From positions 1-53,093 of the forward strand of contig CBIHPJ010000001.1 of assembly GCA_966211295.1 (NCBI GenBank): 53,093 nucleotides of DNA. The letters run 5' to 3'. The stretch's first letter is position 1, and each line of letters starts with the position of its first letter. Below, piece after piece: positions 10,201 to 18,072 of this stretch. The translations under genes were made by a program, and so were the position numbers. Below the pieces are notes generated by a model. The model was not told the DNA's origin, did not search any database, and saw nothing but the letters and a program-made list of their open reading frames with translations. The DNA comes from an uncultured Myxococcales bacterium (lineage in GTDB: Bacteria > Myxococcota > Myxococcia > Myxococcales > Myxococcaceae).

Positions 10201-10428
10201 TCGCTCGCGTTCTCTCGAGACCAGGCGCAGAAGATCTACGTGCAGCACCGCATGCGCGAGGCGGGCAAAGAGCTCTTCGCGTGGCTCGAAGGTGGAGCGC
10301 ATCTGTACGTCTGCGGTGACGCGAACCGCATGGCGCGCGACGTGGAGCAGGCGCTCATCGAGATCGCCGGCGAGGAATACGTCGCGAAGCTCCGCGAGTC
10401 CGGCCGCTACCAGCGCGACGTCTACTAA
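7276..10428 (+). CDS. cysN/cysJ: Fusion protein: sulfate adenylyltransferase subunit 1 (CysN GTPase) + vestigial APS-kinase-like segment + sulfite reductase flavoprotein (CysJ)
   Basis: One uninterrupted frame contains all three parts. CysN has the G1 motif VGSVDDGKSTL, DTPGH and NKMD. The segment ITAEQRRTRLGHLSGVLVVSDESEATT resembles the CysC N-terminus but lacks the GLSGSGKS P-loop. The flavodoxin domain (ILYGSQTGNSR, STQGDGDPP) is followed by the FNR-like domain (RLYSIASS, GPGTGVAPFRAF, YVCGD, C-terminal RYQRDVY). The ATG overlaps the cysD stop by 1 nt. Confidence 0.85.
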   Translation: MTALPLKPLLRLAVVGSVDDGKSTLIGRLLYECDALFEDQIASVRKATTKKGETEIDFSLFTDGLLAEREQGITIDVAYRYFSTARRTLIVADTPGHVQYTRNMATGASTADAAVILIDARLGVLPQTRRHAYIASLLRVPYLAVAVNKMDLVGFDHSTFKRIGEELLAFTSTLGFKEVRLFPVSARAGDNLKELSERTPWHQGGTLLGWLESLPHEDRSLDAALRFPVQNVLRPHLDYRAFAGQVASGVVKVGDEVQALPSGARSRVVGIDTFDGPLTEASAPTSVALRLEHELDISRGDVLVHPGRLPLSLQRFEAELVWFGEKPLEPGRRYLIKHTTRTVPAQVERVVFRKELEDLSDAPAETLALNDIGRVVISSKRPLLGDRYVDDRRTGAFIVIDPLTNDTVATGMIAGPHGADGAHAGGSSITAEQRRTRLGHLSGVLVVSDESEATTVEKKLFEAGVVTALARGDGELAVALAEAGLCAIAWAKSPIALRSITDHAKEAGVPLRQLVDFLPPVAAHPSATILYGSQTGNSRTLAEKLHHQLAAAGVEARLLRTGEYQVRELAKESLLYVVISTQGDGDPPDDAKSFFDFISSKRAPRLEQLQFGVLGLGDTSYTKFCEIGRVLDARFAALGAKRIVDAGECDVDFETVGTPWIERAVEKAPRGKTHALTPTLSRGARETLGRFNRETPFAAEVLVNQRIVARDALKEVRHVELSLGASRLTYEPGDSLGIWPRNAPELVKAVLSTQKLDGDVQLTRDSQRHPLSTWLASKLELTKLSRPFLAAHAALAKSAELDAALKPEGAEALRTLLDTHQVIDILRRYPAKWEPDALVHSLRRLAPRLYSIASSQKRVGAEVHLTVGHVAYQAFGEAHFGVASHHLSTRASEDLVPVFVESNPRFRLPSDTSRDVIMIGPGTGVAPFRAFVQERVEVGAKGRNWLFFGEQHFRSQFLYQVEWQDALKRGQLAKLSLAFSRDQAQKIYVQHRMREAGKELFAWLEGGAHLYVCGDANRMARDVEQALIEIAGEEYVAKLRESGRYQRDVY
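9299..9335 (+). repeat. REP-like palindromic element inside the cysN::cysJ fusion (flavodoxin-FAD linker)
   Basis: Sequence is CCCTCACCCCGACCCTCTCCCGCGGCGCGAGGGAGAC. It is read in frame as ALTPTLSRGARET. Confidence 0.8.
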
Positions 10429-10438
10429 TTGCCTCCCT

Positions 10439-12091
10439 ATGAGTGACAAGAAACTCAGTGAAGTCGAAACCGTAAAAGCAAAGAGCAACCTCTTGAGAGG
10501 AACGCTCGCCGAAAGCTTCCAGGTGCAAGACACGCTCGGCATCCCGTCGAGCGACGGCGCGCTGATGAAGTTCCACGGCAGCTACTTGCAAGACGACCGC
10601 GATCTCCGCGACGAGCGCGCGCAGCAAAAGCTCGAGCCCGCGTACTCCTTCATGCTGCGCACACGCCTCCCGGGCGGAGTCGCCACGCCGCTGCAATGGC
10701 TCGCGCTCGACGAGATCACCCAGAAGCTCGCGAACGGAACTCTTCGACTCACCACCCGCCAGGCCTTCCAGCTCCACGGAATCCTCCGCGGCGACATGAA
10801 GAGCGTGATCGGCGAGCTCCAGCGCGTCACCCTCGACAGCATCGCGGCCTGCGGAGACGTGAACCGCAACGTGATGTGCAACCCGAACCCCGTCGACTCG
10901 CGGCTGCACCAGGAAGTCCACGGCTGGGCAGTGAAGCTCTCTGAGCACCTGCTCCCGAAATCGCGCGCGTACTTCGAGCTCTTTCTCGGAGAAGAGAAAG
11001 TCGCAGGCGGCGAAGAAGAGCCGCTCTACGGACCGACGTATCTCCCGCGGAAGTTCAAGGTCGGCATCGCGGTGCCCCCGCACAACGACATCGACGTCTT
11101 CACGCAGGACCTCGGCTTCATCGCGATCGCCGACGGAAGCGGAAAGCTCGCCGGCTTCAACGTGACGGTGGGCGGCGGCATGGGCGCGACGCACGGAGAT
11201 CCCGCGACGTTCCCACGGCTCGGCGACGTGATCGGCTTCGTCACGCCCGAGCAGATTCTCGAGACCGCGGCGGGCGTGCTCACCGTGCAGCGTGACTTCG
11301 GAGATCGAACCAACCGCAAGCACGCGCGGCTCAAGTACACGATCGCGGATCGCGGCCTCGCGTGGTTCACCGAAGAACTCGGGAAGCGACTCAGCTTCTC
11401 CATCGCTCCGGCGCGCGCGTTCTCGTTCGAACACTCGGGCGACGTCTTCGGTTGGAAGGAGGGTCACAACGGTCGCTGGCACCTCACGCTCCACGTGGAG
11501 AGTGGCCGCATCGCAGGTCGTGCGCTAGAGGGACTGCGAGAGATCGCGCGCATCCATTCGGGAGATTTCCGGCTCACCTCGAATCAGAACCTGATCATCG
11601 CGTCTGTCGCGAGCGATGAACGTGCACGCATCGACGCGCTCGTGAAGCAGTTCGGACTCGATGGCTACGTGAAGGCGACTCCGCTCAAGCAGCGCGCTCT
11701 CGCGTGCGTGGCGCTGCCGACGTGCGGCCTCGCGTTCGCTGAAGCCGAACGCTACCTGCCCGCGCTCACGGAGAAGATCGAAACGCTGCTCGCGAAGCAC
11801 GCCCTCACGGAGACTCCGATCTCTCTGCGAATTACCGGATGTCCCAACGGCTGCGCTCGCCCCTACGTCGCGGAGATCGCGCTCGTCGGCAAGGCACCCG
11901 GAAAGTACGCGCTGTACCTGGGCGGAGATCTGAAAGGTCAGCGACTCAACCGCATCGTGAAAGAGAACGTCGACGAAGCCGGAGTCCTCTCCACGCTCGA
12001 TGCGCTCTTCGGTGCCTACGCGATCAGCCGGACACCCGATGAAGCGCTCGGAGATTTCTACGTGCGCTCCGGTCTAGAAGCGGCGGCGTGA
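10439..12091 (+). CDS. cysI: Sulfite reductase hemoprotein beta subunit (siroheme/4Fe-4S)
   Basis: The N-terminus SNLLRGTL..KFHGSYLQDDRDLR and the cluster ligands CVALPTCGLA and TGCPNGCARP are typical CysI motifs. It starts 11 nt after the cysN::cysJ stop. Confidence 0.9.
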   Translation: MSDKKLSEVETVKAKSNLLRGTLAESFQVQDTLGIPSSDGALMKFHGSYLQDDRDLRDERAQQKLEPAYSFMLRTRLPGGVATPLQWLALDEITQKLANGTLRLTTRQAFQLHGILRGDMKSVIGELQRVTLDSIAACGDVNRNVMCNPNPVDSRLHQEVHGWAVKLSEHLLPKSRAYFELFLGEEKVAGGEEEPLYGPTYLPRKFKVGIAVPPHNDIDVFTQDLGFIAIADGSGKLAGFNVTVGGGMGATHGDPATFPRLGDVIGFVTPEQILETAAGVLTVQRDFGDRTNRKHARLKYTIADRGLAWFTEELGKRLSFSIAPARAFSFEHSGDVFGWKEGHNGRWHLTLHVESGRIAGRALEGLREIARIHSGDFRLTSNQNLIIASVASDERARIDALVKQFGLDGYVKATPLKQRALACVALPTCGLAFAEAERYLPALTEKIETLLAKHALTETPISLRITGCPNGCARPYVAEIALVGKAPGKYALYLGGDLKGQRLNRIVKENVDEAGVLSTLDALFGAYAISRTPDEALGDFYVRSGLEAAA

Positions 12092-12501
12092 TCACGCCTG
12101 AGTTCCTTCATGGCTGGGCCCAACGACTCTCTCGGTTCACGGGCGGTAGTTGCGCCGAAGCCGCAGCCTGTCTCGGCGTGAAACTCAGTGATGAGTCCGC
12201 ACTGGTTCCCCTGCCGGGCGCCCTCAGCGCGAAGCTCGTCGACGGCCCCTCCGACAGCACCGACTTCTTCTACGTCGAGCTGCAGCTGGAGCCGCCAGGC
12301 CTCACCCTCGGGCAACTGCAGCCGGTGCTCGGTGCGGGGAAGACGCTCCCTCGCACTGGAGCGTTCGCGGCGTATCACCACGTCTTCGAGCTCGACTTCG
12401 CTGGATCTCCGAGCTTCGCGTATGTGACGGCGACCTTTCGCGCGAACCCCAAACAGGGCGCGGCAGCCACCAGCGTCTCTGTGCGTCGCGGATCTCGCTG
12501 A
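12088..12501 (+). CDS. Hypothetical protein (137 aa)
   Basis: The GTG start overlaps the cysI stop (GTGA). The frame has good GC3 bias. No recognisable motif. Confidence 0.45.
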   Translation: MITPEFLHGWAQRLSRFTGGSCAEAAACLGVKLSDESALVPLPGALSAKLVDGPSDSTDFFYVELQLEPPGLTLGQLQPVLGAGKTLPRTGAFAAYHHVFELDFAGSPSFAYVTATFRANPKQGAAATSVSVRRGSR

Positions 12502-12519
12502 ACGACATAGGCTCGGCGC

Positions 12520-13326
12520 ATGGCTCAGTCCCTTCCCATCAAGGTCGCGTTCAACGATCTCCCGCAGACGGTGCGAGAGCGGTTGATGGCGATCTTCACC
12601 GCCGAGAAGCCTGACCCCCGACTGCTCGCGTTCGAAGTGCGCACCGCGTGGAGAGGCTTCAAGTACGTCGTGCGCGTCGTCTCGCTCGTGGTCGCGGCGA
12701 TCTGTGTCTACCAGGTGCTCACGCGCGCCTTCCGCTACTCGGTGGGCTCGTCCGAGGAGTACCAAATCCTCGCGCTCTCGTTGTTCGCGTTCCTCTGGTC
12801 GCAGATCCGCATCACGATCGAGAAGCGCTGGCCTCCTCCTCCCTTCCGCGAAGGTCGCGTGGCGCTGCCTGGATACGTCGTCGAGACGCGTGGTGGGCTG
12901 TTGGAGATCACGCCGATGTCCGCGCTGGGAAAGCCGACGATCCTCACGGTGAGGAGGAATGGCCAGTACTCGTACAGCGATCTTCAGCTCGATCCGAAGC
13001 TGACGTTCTCTTACGGCTCGAACGAGAAGGTCGAGGCTGCGTGCATGCGCATCCTCGAGGCGAAGGAGAAGGTGGCCGCGCTGGTTGAGAAGCGCGACCT
13101 CGCTGAACTCGCCGAGCTCGATCCGTTCGCCGAGTGCACGCTCTCGGGCACGTGGGGCCGGCCGGGTGCGCTCTCGATTCAGGGACCGACGATCGCGATT
13201 CCGCCCAACAATGTCTTCGTGAAGTGGATCGTTCCCGTGCTGGTCGCTCTGTCACTCACGTTCGGCCTGAGCGTCTACGTGAACCGCGAATTGGCGCAGC
13301 AAGAGGCCGCGAAGAGCGCTCAATGA
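12520..13326 (+). CDS. Hypothetical membrane protein (268 aa)
   Basis: Three predicted TM helices (VVRVVSLVVAAICVY, ILALSLFAFLWSQI and the C-terminal WIVPVLVALSLTFGLSVYV). It begins 18 nt after the previous ORF. Confidence 0.5.
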   Translation: MAQSLPIKVAFNDLPQTVRERLMAIFTAEKPDPRLLAFEVRTAWRGFKYVVRVVSLVVAAICVYQVLTRAFRYSVGSSEEYQILALSLFAFLWSQIRITIEKRWPPPPFREGRVALPGYVVETRGGLLEITPMSALGKPTILTVRRNGQYSYSDLQLDPKLTFSYGSNEKVEAACMRILEAKEKVAALVEKRDLAELAELDPFAECTLSGTWGRPGALSIQGPTIAIPPNNVFVKWIVPVLVALSLTFGLSVYVNRELAQQEAAKSAQ

Positions 13327-13399
13327 ATCGCAAAGAGCTCGGAGACGTGATCGAGCTCGAAGGCGCCGCGATCGCACTCGTCGCTCTCTGAGACTTCGA

Positions 13400-13975
13400 T
13401 CAGGTGCGGGTATCCGTGGCGATCCAGTTCACTTCCCAGGTCTTTCCTCCATCTTCCGAGAAGGCTTGCTCGAAGTGGCAGGAGGTCGGCGTGATGTCGG
13501 AGATCACGAAGCGAACCAGGATGGATTTGTCGTTGAACATCTCCGTATTGAAGAACTCCCCTCGGCCATTCTTGAAGTCGCCGATGGTCGCCGGAGAGAA
13601 GCTGCCGCTGCCGAGTCCTGAGAAGTTGAGGCTCCACTGACCCGACTTCGGGTTGTAGAGCCGCATGCTCAGACCCTCGATGCGGCCTGCGGGCCCCTCG
13701 ACCACGAGCTCGACGAGATTCGCCCGTCCGTTCAAGACGCTGCGCACGACGGTGGTGCCGTCGTATTCCACCCAGGTCTTGGACCCACTGAGCGGCCGCT
13801 GCAGCCGCTTCAAGTGCGTCTTCCAGCTGCCGATCTCGAAGTCGAAGTCGCGCTGGCCGTCGCGCACGGTCGACGCTTTGCCAGCGTCTTTTGCCTGATC
13901 TTTCGCCTGAGCGAAGGTCGCTAGCGGTTGAAGCGCGAAGAGCAAGCCACAGATCGAAAGAAGGGAGCGGTTCAT
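13400..13975 (-). CDS. Secreted hypothetical protein (191 aa)
   Basis: Clear signal peptide MNRSLLSICGLLFALQPLATFAQA. The rest looks beta-rich. GC content is somewhat lower than in neighbouring genes. Confidence 0.6.
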   Translation of the reverse strand: MNRSLLSICGLLFALQPLATFAQAKDQAKDAGKASTVRDGQRDFDFEIGSWKTHLKRLQRPLSGSKTWVEYDGTTVVRSVLNGRANLVELVVEGPAGRIEGLSMRLYNPKSGQWSLNFSGLGSGSFSPATIGDFKNGRGEFFNTEMFNDKSILVRFVISDITPTSCHFEQAFSEDGGKTWEVNWIATDTRT

Positions 13976-14078
13976 CGCTTCATTCTCCCACGCATCAATG
14001 ACCGTAGCCCCGGTTCGCGCCGCGTGCGGCGGCAGCTTTGTTGAGCAAAGTGCTTCAAGCGCGGTCAGTGAGCTCTCG

Positions 14079-14118
14079 CCCCTCTTCCCTGCCCGTCTCC
14101 CCGCTTCGCAGGGAGACT
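14079..14118 (+). repeat. REP-like element (degenerate subfamily 2)
   Basis: Sequence is CCCCTCTTCCCTGCCCGTCTCCCCGCTTCGCAGGGAGAC. It is intergenic, between two minus-strand genes. Confidence 0.65.
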
Positions 14119-14125
14119 GAGAGAA

Positions 14126-15958
14126 TTAGTGACCGCCGCCAGCTGGAGCTGCGAACACGTCGGCGGACTTCTTCGCCGTCGCGCAGTTCACCAGCCAACC
14201 GTTCAGCTTCTCGAGATCGTCGCACGCGAGCACATCAGCCTTCTGCTTGGCGTCAGCCGCCATCCCGCGCGCCGACATCAGCGAGAGCAAGCTCTCCGCC
14301 GTGGTCTTGAGCTTCTCCTTCTTCTCTTTCTCCGCCGCCTCTTCCGCGGGCGTCTTGCGCGTGCGCAGCTTCTCTCCCGTCGCGGCGGCGAGCGCCTTGT
14401 ACCAACCCTCGGGATACCCGGGATGCGTCACCTTCCCGCGCTCGTCCTTCAGGTTGCCGTCGAGGAACTTGTAGAGGAGCTCCTTCGACAGATCCTTCCA
14501 CCGCGCCACCACCTCTTCACCCGCCGACACCGAGTAGCGCGTGAGGTACTCGCGCGCGAGCCGCGGTGACTGCTTGTGCAGCGCCAGCGCCGCCGAGTCC
14601 ACGTCCGCCTGCGACGCGAGGTACTTCGACTCGAGCTTCTGCTGCGCCTTCTGCACGTCGACGATCATCTCGCTGTAGCGGAGGTACGAATAATTCGAGA
14701 CCTGGTTGAAGACCCAGAACGCCGAGTCCCAGGTGACGTGGTGGAAGTCACCGGTGCCTACCGCGTACGGCTTCGCGACCTCGGTGCTGCCCGCGTACAC
14801 GGGGAAGTAGACGGTGGAGGCGGTGTCGTCGACGCCGAACCAGAGCACTCCGCCGATGGGGTTCGGCAGCCAGCCGCGCGACTGCGAGACGAACGAGAAG
14901 CCGGTCTGCTGCGTCGACACGGCGCGCTCGTTCAGGAACTCCTTACCGTCGACCTTCCAGGTGAGCGGACGCCAGCGGTACGGCAGCCCATACGGACCCG
15001 CCCCCACGTCCTTCGTCATGTCGAGCGGAGTGCCCTCGAAGTGATCGCGCATCAGGCTCATCACGTCGGCCACGCTGAGCTTGCGATCGGGCTTGAGCCA
15101 CAACGGCAGCGGCGCCGCCTTGTCATCGTTGCCTTCGATCCACGCGCTGTTCACGTTGTTCGAGGGCGCAGCGCGGTGAAACATGCACCACACGCGGCCG
15201 TCGCAGAACCGGCGCGCTCCGAAGTCGGTCGGGTTGTACGTATCGGCGAAGGAGAAGTCGGCGTCCTTACCGTTGAACCAACCCTTCGCGCGCGCGAACG
15301 AGATCACGTCGGCCGCGAACATGGTGTCGTTCGGCGAGTTCTGCGGGAACTGGCGAATGCGCGCCGCGTTCGCGTGGCCGCTGATCATCCCGTCAGGGAT
15401 CTTGCGCGCGACCCACAGCACGCCCTTCTGGCCCGGGCCCTTACCCACCATCTCGAACAGCCAGACCTCGTTGGGGTCCGCGATGGAGAACGACTCACCG
15501 CTGCTGTGGTACCCGTACTTCGCGGTGAGATCGACGATCACCTTGATCGCCTCACGCGCCGTCTTCGCGCGCTGCAACGCGAGGTACATCAAGCTGCCGT
15601 AGTCGACTTTGCCGTCTGGGTTCTCGAGCTCGGGGCGTCCGCCGAAGGTGGTCTCGCCGATCGCCAGCTGGTGCTCGTTCATGTTGCCGACGACGCCGTA
15701 CGTCTGTGGCACCTCGTCGATCTGTCCGAGCAGCTTGCCGGTGTCCCACTCGATCACGTCACGCTTCGCGCCCGGCGCGTGGATCGCTGCGGGGAAGAAG
15801 TAGAGCTCGCCGTACAGCTCGTGCGCGTCGGCGGCGTAGGTGATCATCGTCGAGCCGTCGGCGCTCGCGCCCTTCGTGATCAGGAAGTTGGTGCACGCAT
15901 CAGAGGGACGAGCGGCCACCACACAGATGGCCGTCAGCACGGCGACGAGGGTCTTCAT
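14126..15958 (-). CDS. Peptidase C69 family dipeptidase, secreted
   Basis: A signal peptide is followed directly by the N-terminal nucleophile motif ACTNFLITKGASADGS, typical of C69 (Ntn-hydrolase) dipeptidases. Size is 610 aa. Confidence 0.8.
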   Translation of the reverse strand: MKTLVAVLTAICVVAARPSDACTNFLITKGASADGSTMITYAADAHELYGELYFFPAAIHAPGAKRDVIEWDTGKLLGQIDEVPQTYGVVGNMNEHQLAIGETTFGGRPELENPDGKVDYGSLMYLALQRAKTAREAIKVIVDLTAKYGYHSSGESFSIADPNEVWLFEMVGKGPGQKGVLWVARKIPDGMISGHANAARIRQFPQNSPNDTMFAADVISFARAKGWFNGKDADFSFADTYNPTDFGARRFCDGRVWCMFHRAAPSNNVNSAWIEGNDDKAAPLPLWLKPDRKLSVADVMSLMRDHFEGTPLDMTKDVGAGPYGLPYRWRPLTWKVDGKEFLNERAVSTQQTGFSFVSQSRGWLPNPIGGVLWFGVDDTASTVYFPVYAGSTEVAKPYAVGTGDFHHVTWDSAFWVFNQVSNYSYLRYSEMIVDVQKAQQKLESKYLASQADVDSAALALHKQSPRLAREYLTRYSVSAGEEVVARWKDLSKELLYKFLDGNLKDERGKVTHPGYPEGWYKALAAATGEKLRTRKTPAEEAAEKEKKEKLKTTAESLLSLMSARGMAADAKQKADVLACDDLEKLNGWLVNCATAKKSADVFAAPAGGGH

Positions 15959-16022
15959 GAGTCCGCGAGATACTCGACCCGCGCGGTGAGCTGTTGCTGA
16001 TTTTGGCTGTATACGCCTGCCC

Positions 16023-18020
16023 GTGTTGCTCGCTGCGCTCGTCTCCTCGTTGCTCGCCGCCGCCCCCAGCCCCTCGACCGCCGAGGTGCCGCTCGGTGGC
16101 GACTACTGGAAGGGCACCGACGTCGCGAAGGGAGAGGTGTGGGGCGTGGCGGATCTTCACGCGCACTTCTTCAACTACCTCGGGTTCGGCGGGCGCGTGC
16201 TGCACGGCGCTCCAGCCGCGCCGAATGGAATGCGCGAGGCGCTCGCGGGCTGCAGCCACAATCACGGCGAGTACGCGGGCAAGAGCACCGCGATTCTCCC
16301 CGAGCCCTCGCATCGCACCGCGGGCTTCCCCACGTTCGCGGGCTGGCCTCGCTACGACACGATGATTCACCAGCAGGCGTACGTCGATTGGGTGCGGCGC
16401 GCGTGGCAGGGCGGAGTGCGGCTGGTGCAGATGGATGTGCAGAACACTCCGTTTCTGGGAGTGGCGTATCGCACCGCGAATTTCCTCAGCGTCGAGGGAG
16501 ATCGCGCTCCTGTTCCGCTCGACGACGCGACCGCGCTCGAGCTGCAGACCGCGGCGGCGCGGCTGTTCTTCGAGGGCCCCGCGGCCGACTTCGCGGCGAT
16601 CGCACGCACCTCGGACGAAGCGCGGAAGATCATCGAGTCCGGAAAGATGGCGGTGGTGCTCGGCATCGAGGTCGAGTCGCTCGACAATCTCGCCACCGAA
16701 GCGCAGCTCGGTGCTGATCCGAAGACCAGGATCGAGGAACTCGCCACCAGGCTGTGGGACTCGGGCGTGCGGCACGTGATTCCGATTCATCTGCAGCGCA
16801 ACGCCTTCGGTCACCCAAGCGTGTTCGAACCGACGCTCAACGTGATGAACAAGCTCGACACGGGATCGTTCTACGCCACGGGCGACGCGTTCGATGCGGG
16901 CGTGCGGTTCGAGCCGCACATGGATGCGCTGACCTGGTTCGTGCAGCTCGGCACGTGCAGTCCCGCCTGGGGCGAAGGCAAGGCGCTCGGAGCGACGGAG
17001 GGGCTCACTCCCGCGGGCGTGATGTTGATCGAAGCGATGCTGCGTCGCGGTTTCGTGATCGACGTCGAGCACATGTCCGAGCAGGGAGTGGATGCCACGC
17101 TCGCGCTTGCGAAGCGCGCGGACGTTCCGGTGATCAGCTCGCACGCGCCATTCAGAGATCTCTCGTTCGGCACCCAGCTCACGCACCGCGATGGTGGATA
17201 CGATGCGACGCCGCTCGCGGTTCCGTTCAGGGATGACGAGGACGCGTACGGGACTTCAGACGTACGCAAGGTGCGCAGCGATCGCAGTCGCACCCACGCG
17301 CAGCTCGAGACCATCAAGCAGCTCGGAGGCATGGTCGGGGTGCAGCTCGTCTCGCTTGGAGTCGGCGTGCAATGGGCGCCGGGTATTCCGCTCGACTGCG
17401 ATGGGAGCGCGAAGGGCTTCCTGCAATCGCTCGCCTACGCGGAGGATCAACTCGGCGGTGACGGAGCGGTCGCGATCGCCTCTGACGTGGGCGGCTTCGC
17501 GGCGATGCCCACTCCGCGGTTTGGGGTCGAAGCGTGTCCGGGTGCGCGAGGTGACGAGGTGCGCCGCGCGAATGGACGGATTCGTGCGCAGGCGCTCGCG
17601 CAGAGAAACGGAGTGAAGTACCGCGAGCCGCTCGGTCCCCTCGAGGCGTGGCACTTCGAGCGGCGAGGCAAAGGCGAAGATGCGGCGTTCACCGTCACCG
17701 AGATGGAGCGCTGGGTGGCGCTGGGCGCGAGTCCTGAGCTTCGGTCGAGCAGCGGCGTGGTCGATGCGCGCTGGGCTGCGATGAACGAAGGACCGAACGA
17801 GCCGCTCACCCGCTCCTTCGCAGGGCGGCGCCAGTTCGATGTGAATCTCGACGGTGTCGCTCACTACGGAATGATTCCTGACTTCTTCCAGGACGCGGCG
17901 AACGTCTCTCGGGCAGGAGGTGAGGCGGGTCTCGTGCCTCCGCTTTTCCGGAGCGCTGAGAGGTACCTGCAGATGTGGCTGCGCATCGAGCGTCGCTCGA
18001 TGGAGTTGCGACGTCACTGA
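16023..18020 (+). CDS. Secreted metallohydrolase resembling membrane (renal-type, M19) dipeptidases
   Basis: Signal peptide present. Candidate metal ligands are DLHAH, IPIHL, VIDVEHMSEQG, VISSHAPF and AIASDVGGF, which resembles the M19 GxGSDFDG motif. It has large insertions relative to canonical M19 enzymes. Confidence 0.55.
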   Translation: MLLAALVSSLLAAAPSPSTAEVPLGGDYWKGTDVAKGEVWGVADLHAHFFNYLGFGGRVLHGAPAAPNGMREALAGCSHNHGEYAGKSTAILPEPSHRTAGFPTFAGWPRYDTMIHQQAYVDWVRRAWQGGVRLVQMDVQNTPFLGVAYRTANFLSVEGDRAPVPLDDATALELQTAAARLFFEGPAADFAAIARTSDEARKIIESGKMAVVLGIEVESLDNLATEAQLGADPKTRIEELATRLWDSGVRHVIPIHLQRNAFGHPSVFEPTLNVMNKLDTGSFYATGDAFDAGVRFEPHMDALTWFVQLGTCSPAWGEGKALGATEGLTPAGVMLIEAMLRRGFVIDVEHMSEQGVDATLALAKRADVPVISSHAPFRDLSFGTQLTHRDGGYDATPLAVPFRDDEDAYGTSDVRKVRSDRSRTHAQLETIKQLGGMVGVQLVSLGVGVQWAPGIPLDCDGSAKGFLQSLAYAEDQLGGDGAVAIASDVGGFAAMPTPRFGVEACPGARGDEVRRANGRIRAQALAQRNGVKYREPLGPLEAWHFERRGKGEDAAFTVTEMERWVALGASPELRSSSGVVDARWAAMNEGPNEPLTRSFAGRRQFDVNLDGVAHYGMIPDFFQDAANVSRAGGEAGLVPPLFRSAERYLQMWLRIERRSMELRRH

Positions 18021-18024
18021 GTAC

Positions 18025-18069
18025 GCCCCTCTCCCCAGCCCCACTCCCCGCTGGCGCAGGGAGAGGGAG
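18025..18069 (+). repeat. REP-like element (subfamily 2) between convergent genes
   Basis: Sequence is GCCCCTCTCCCCAGCCCCACTCCCCGCTGGCGCAGGGAGAGGGAG. It nearly fills the 52-nt gap between the stops at 18020 and 18073. Confidence 0.75.
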
Positions 18070-18072
18070 ACG

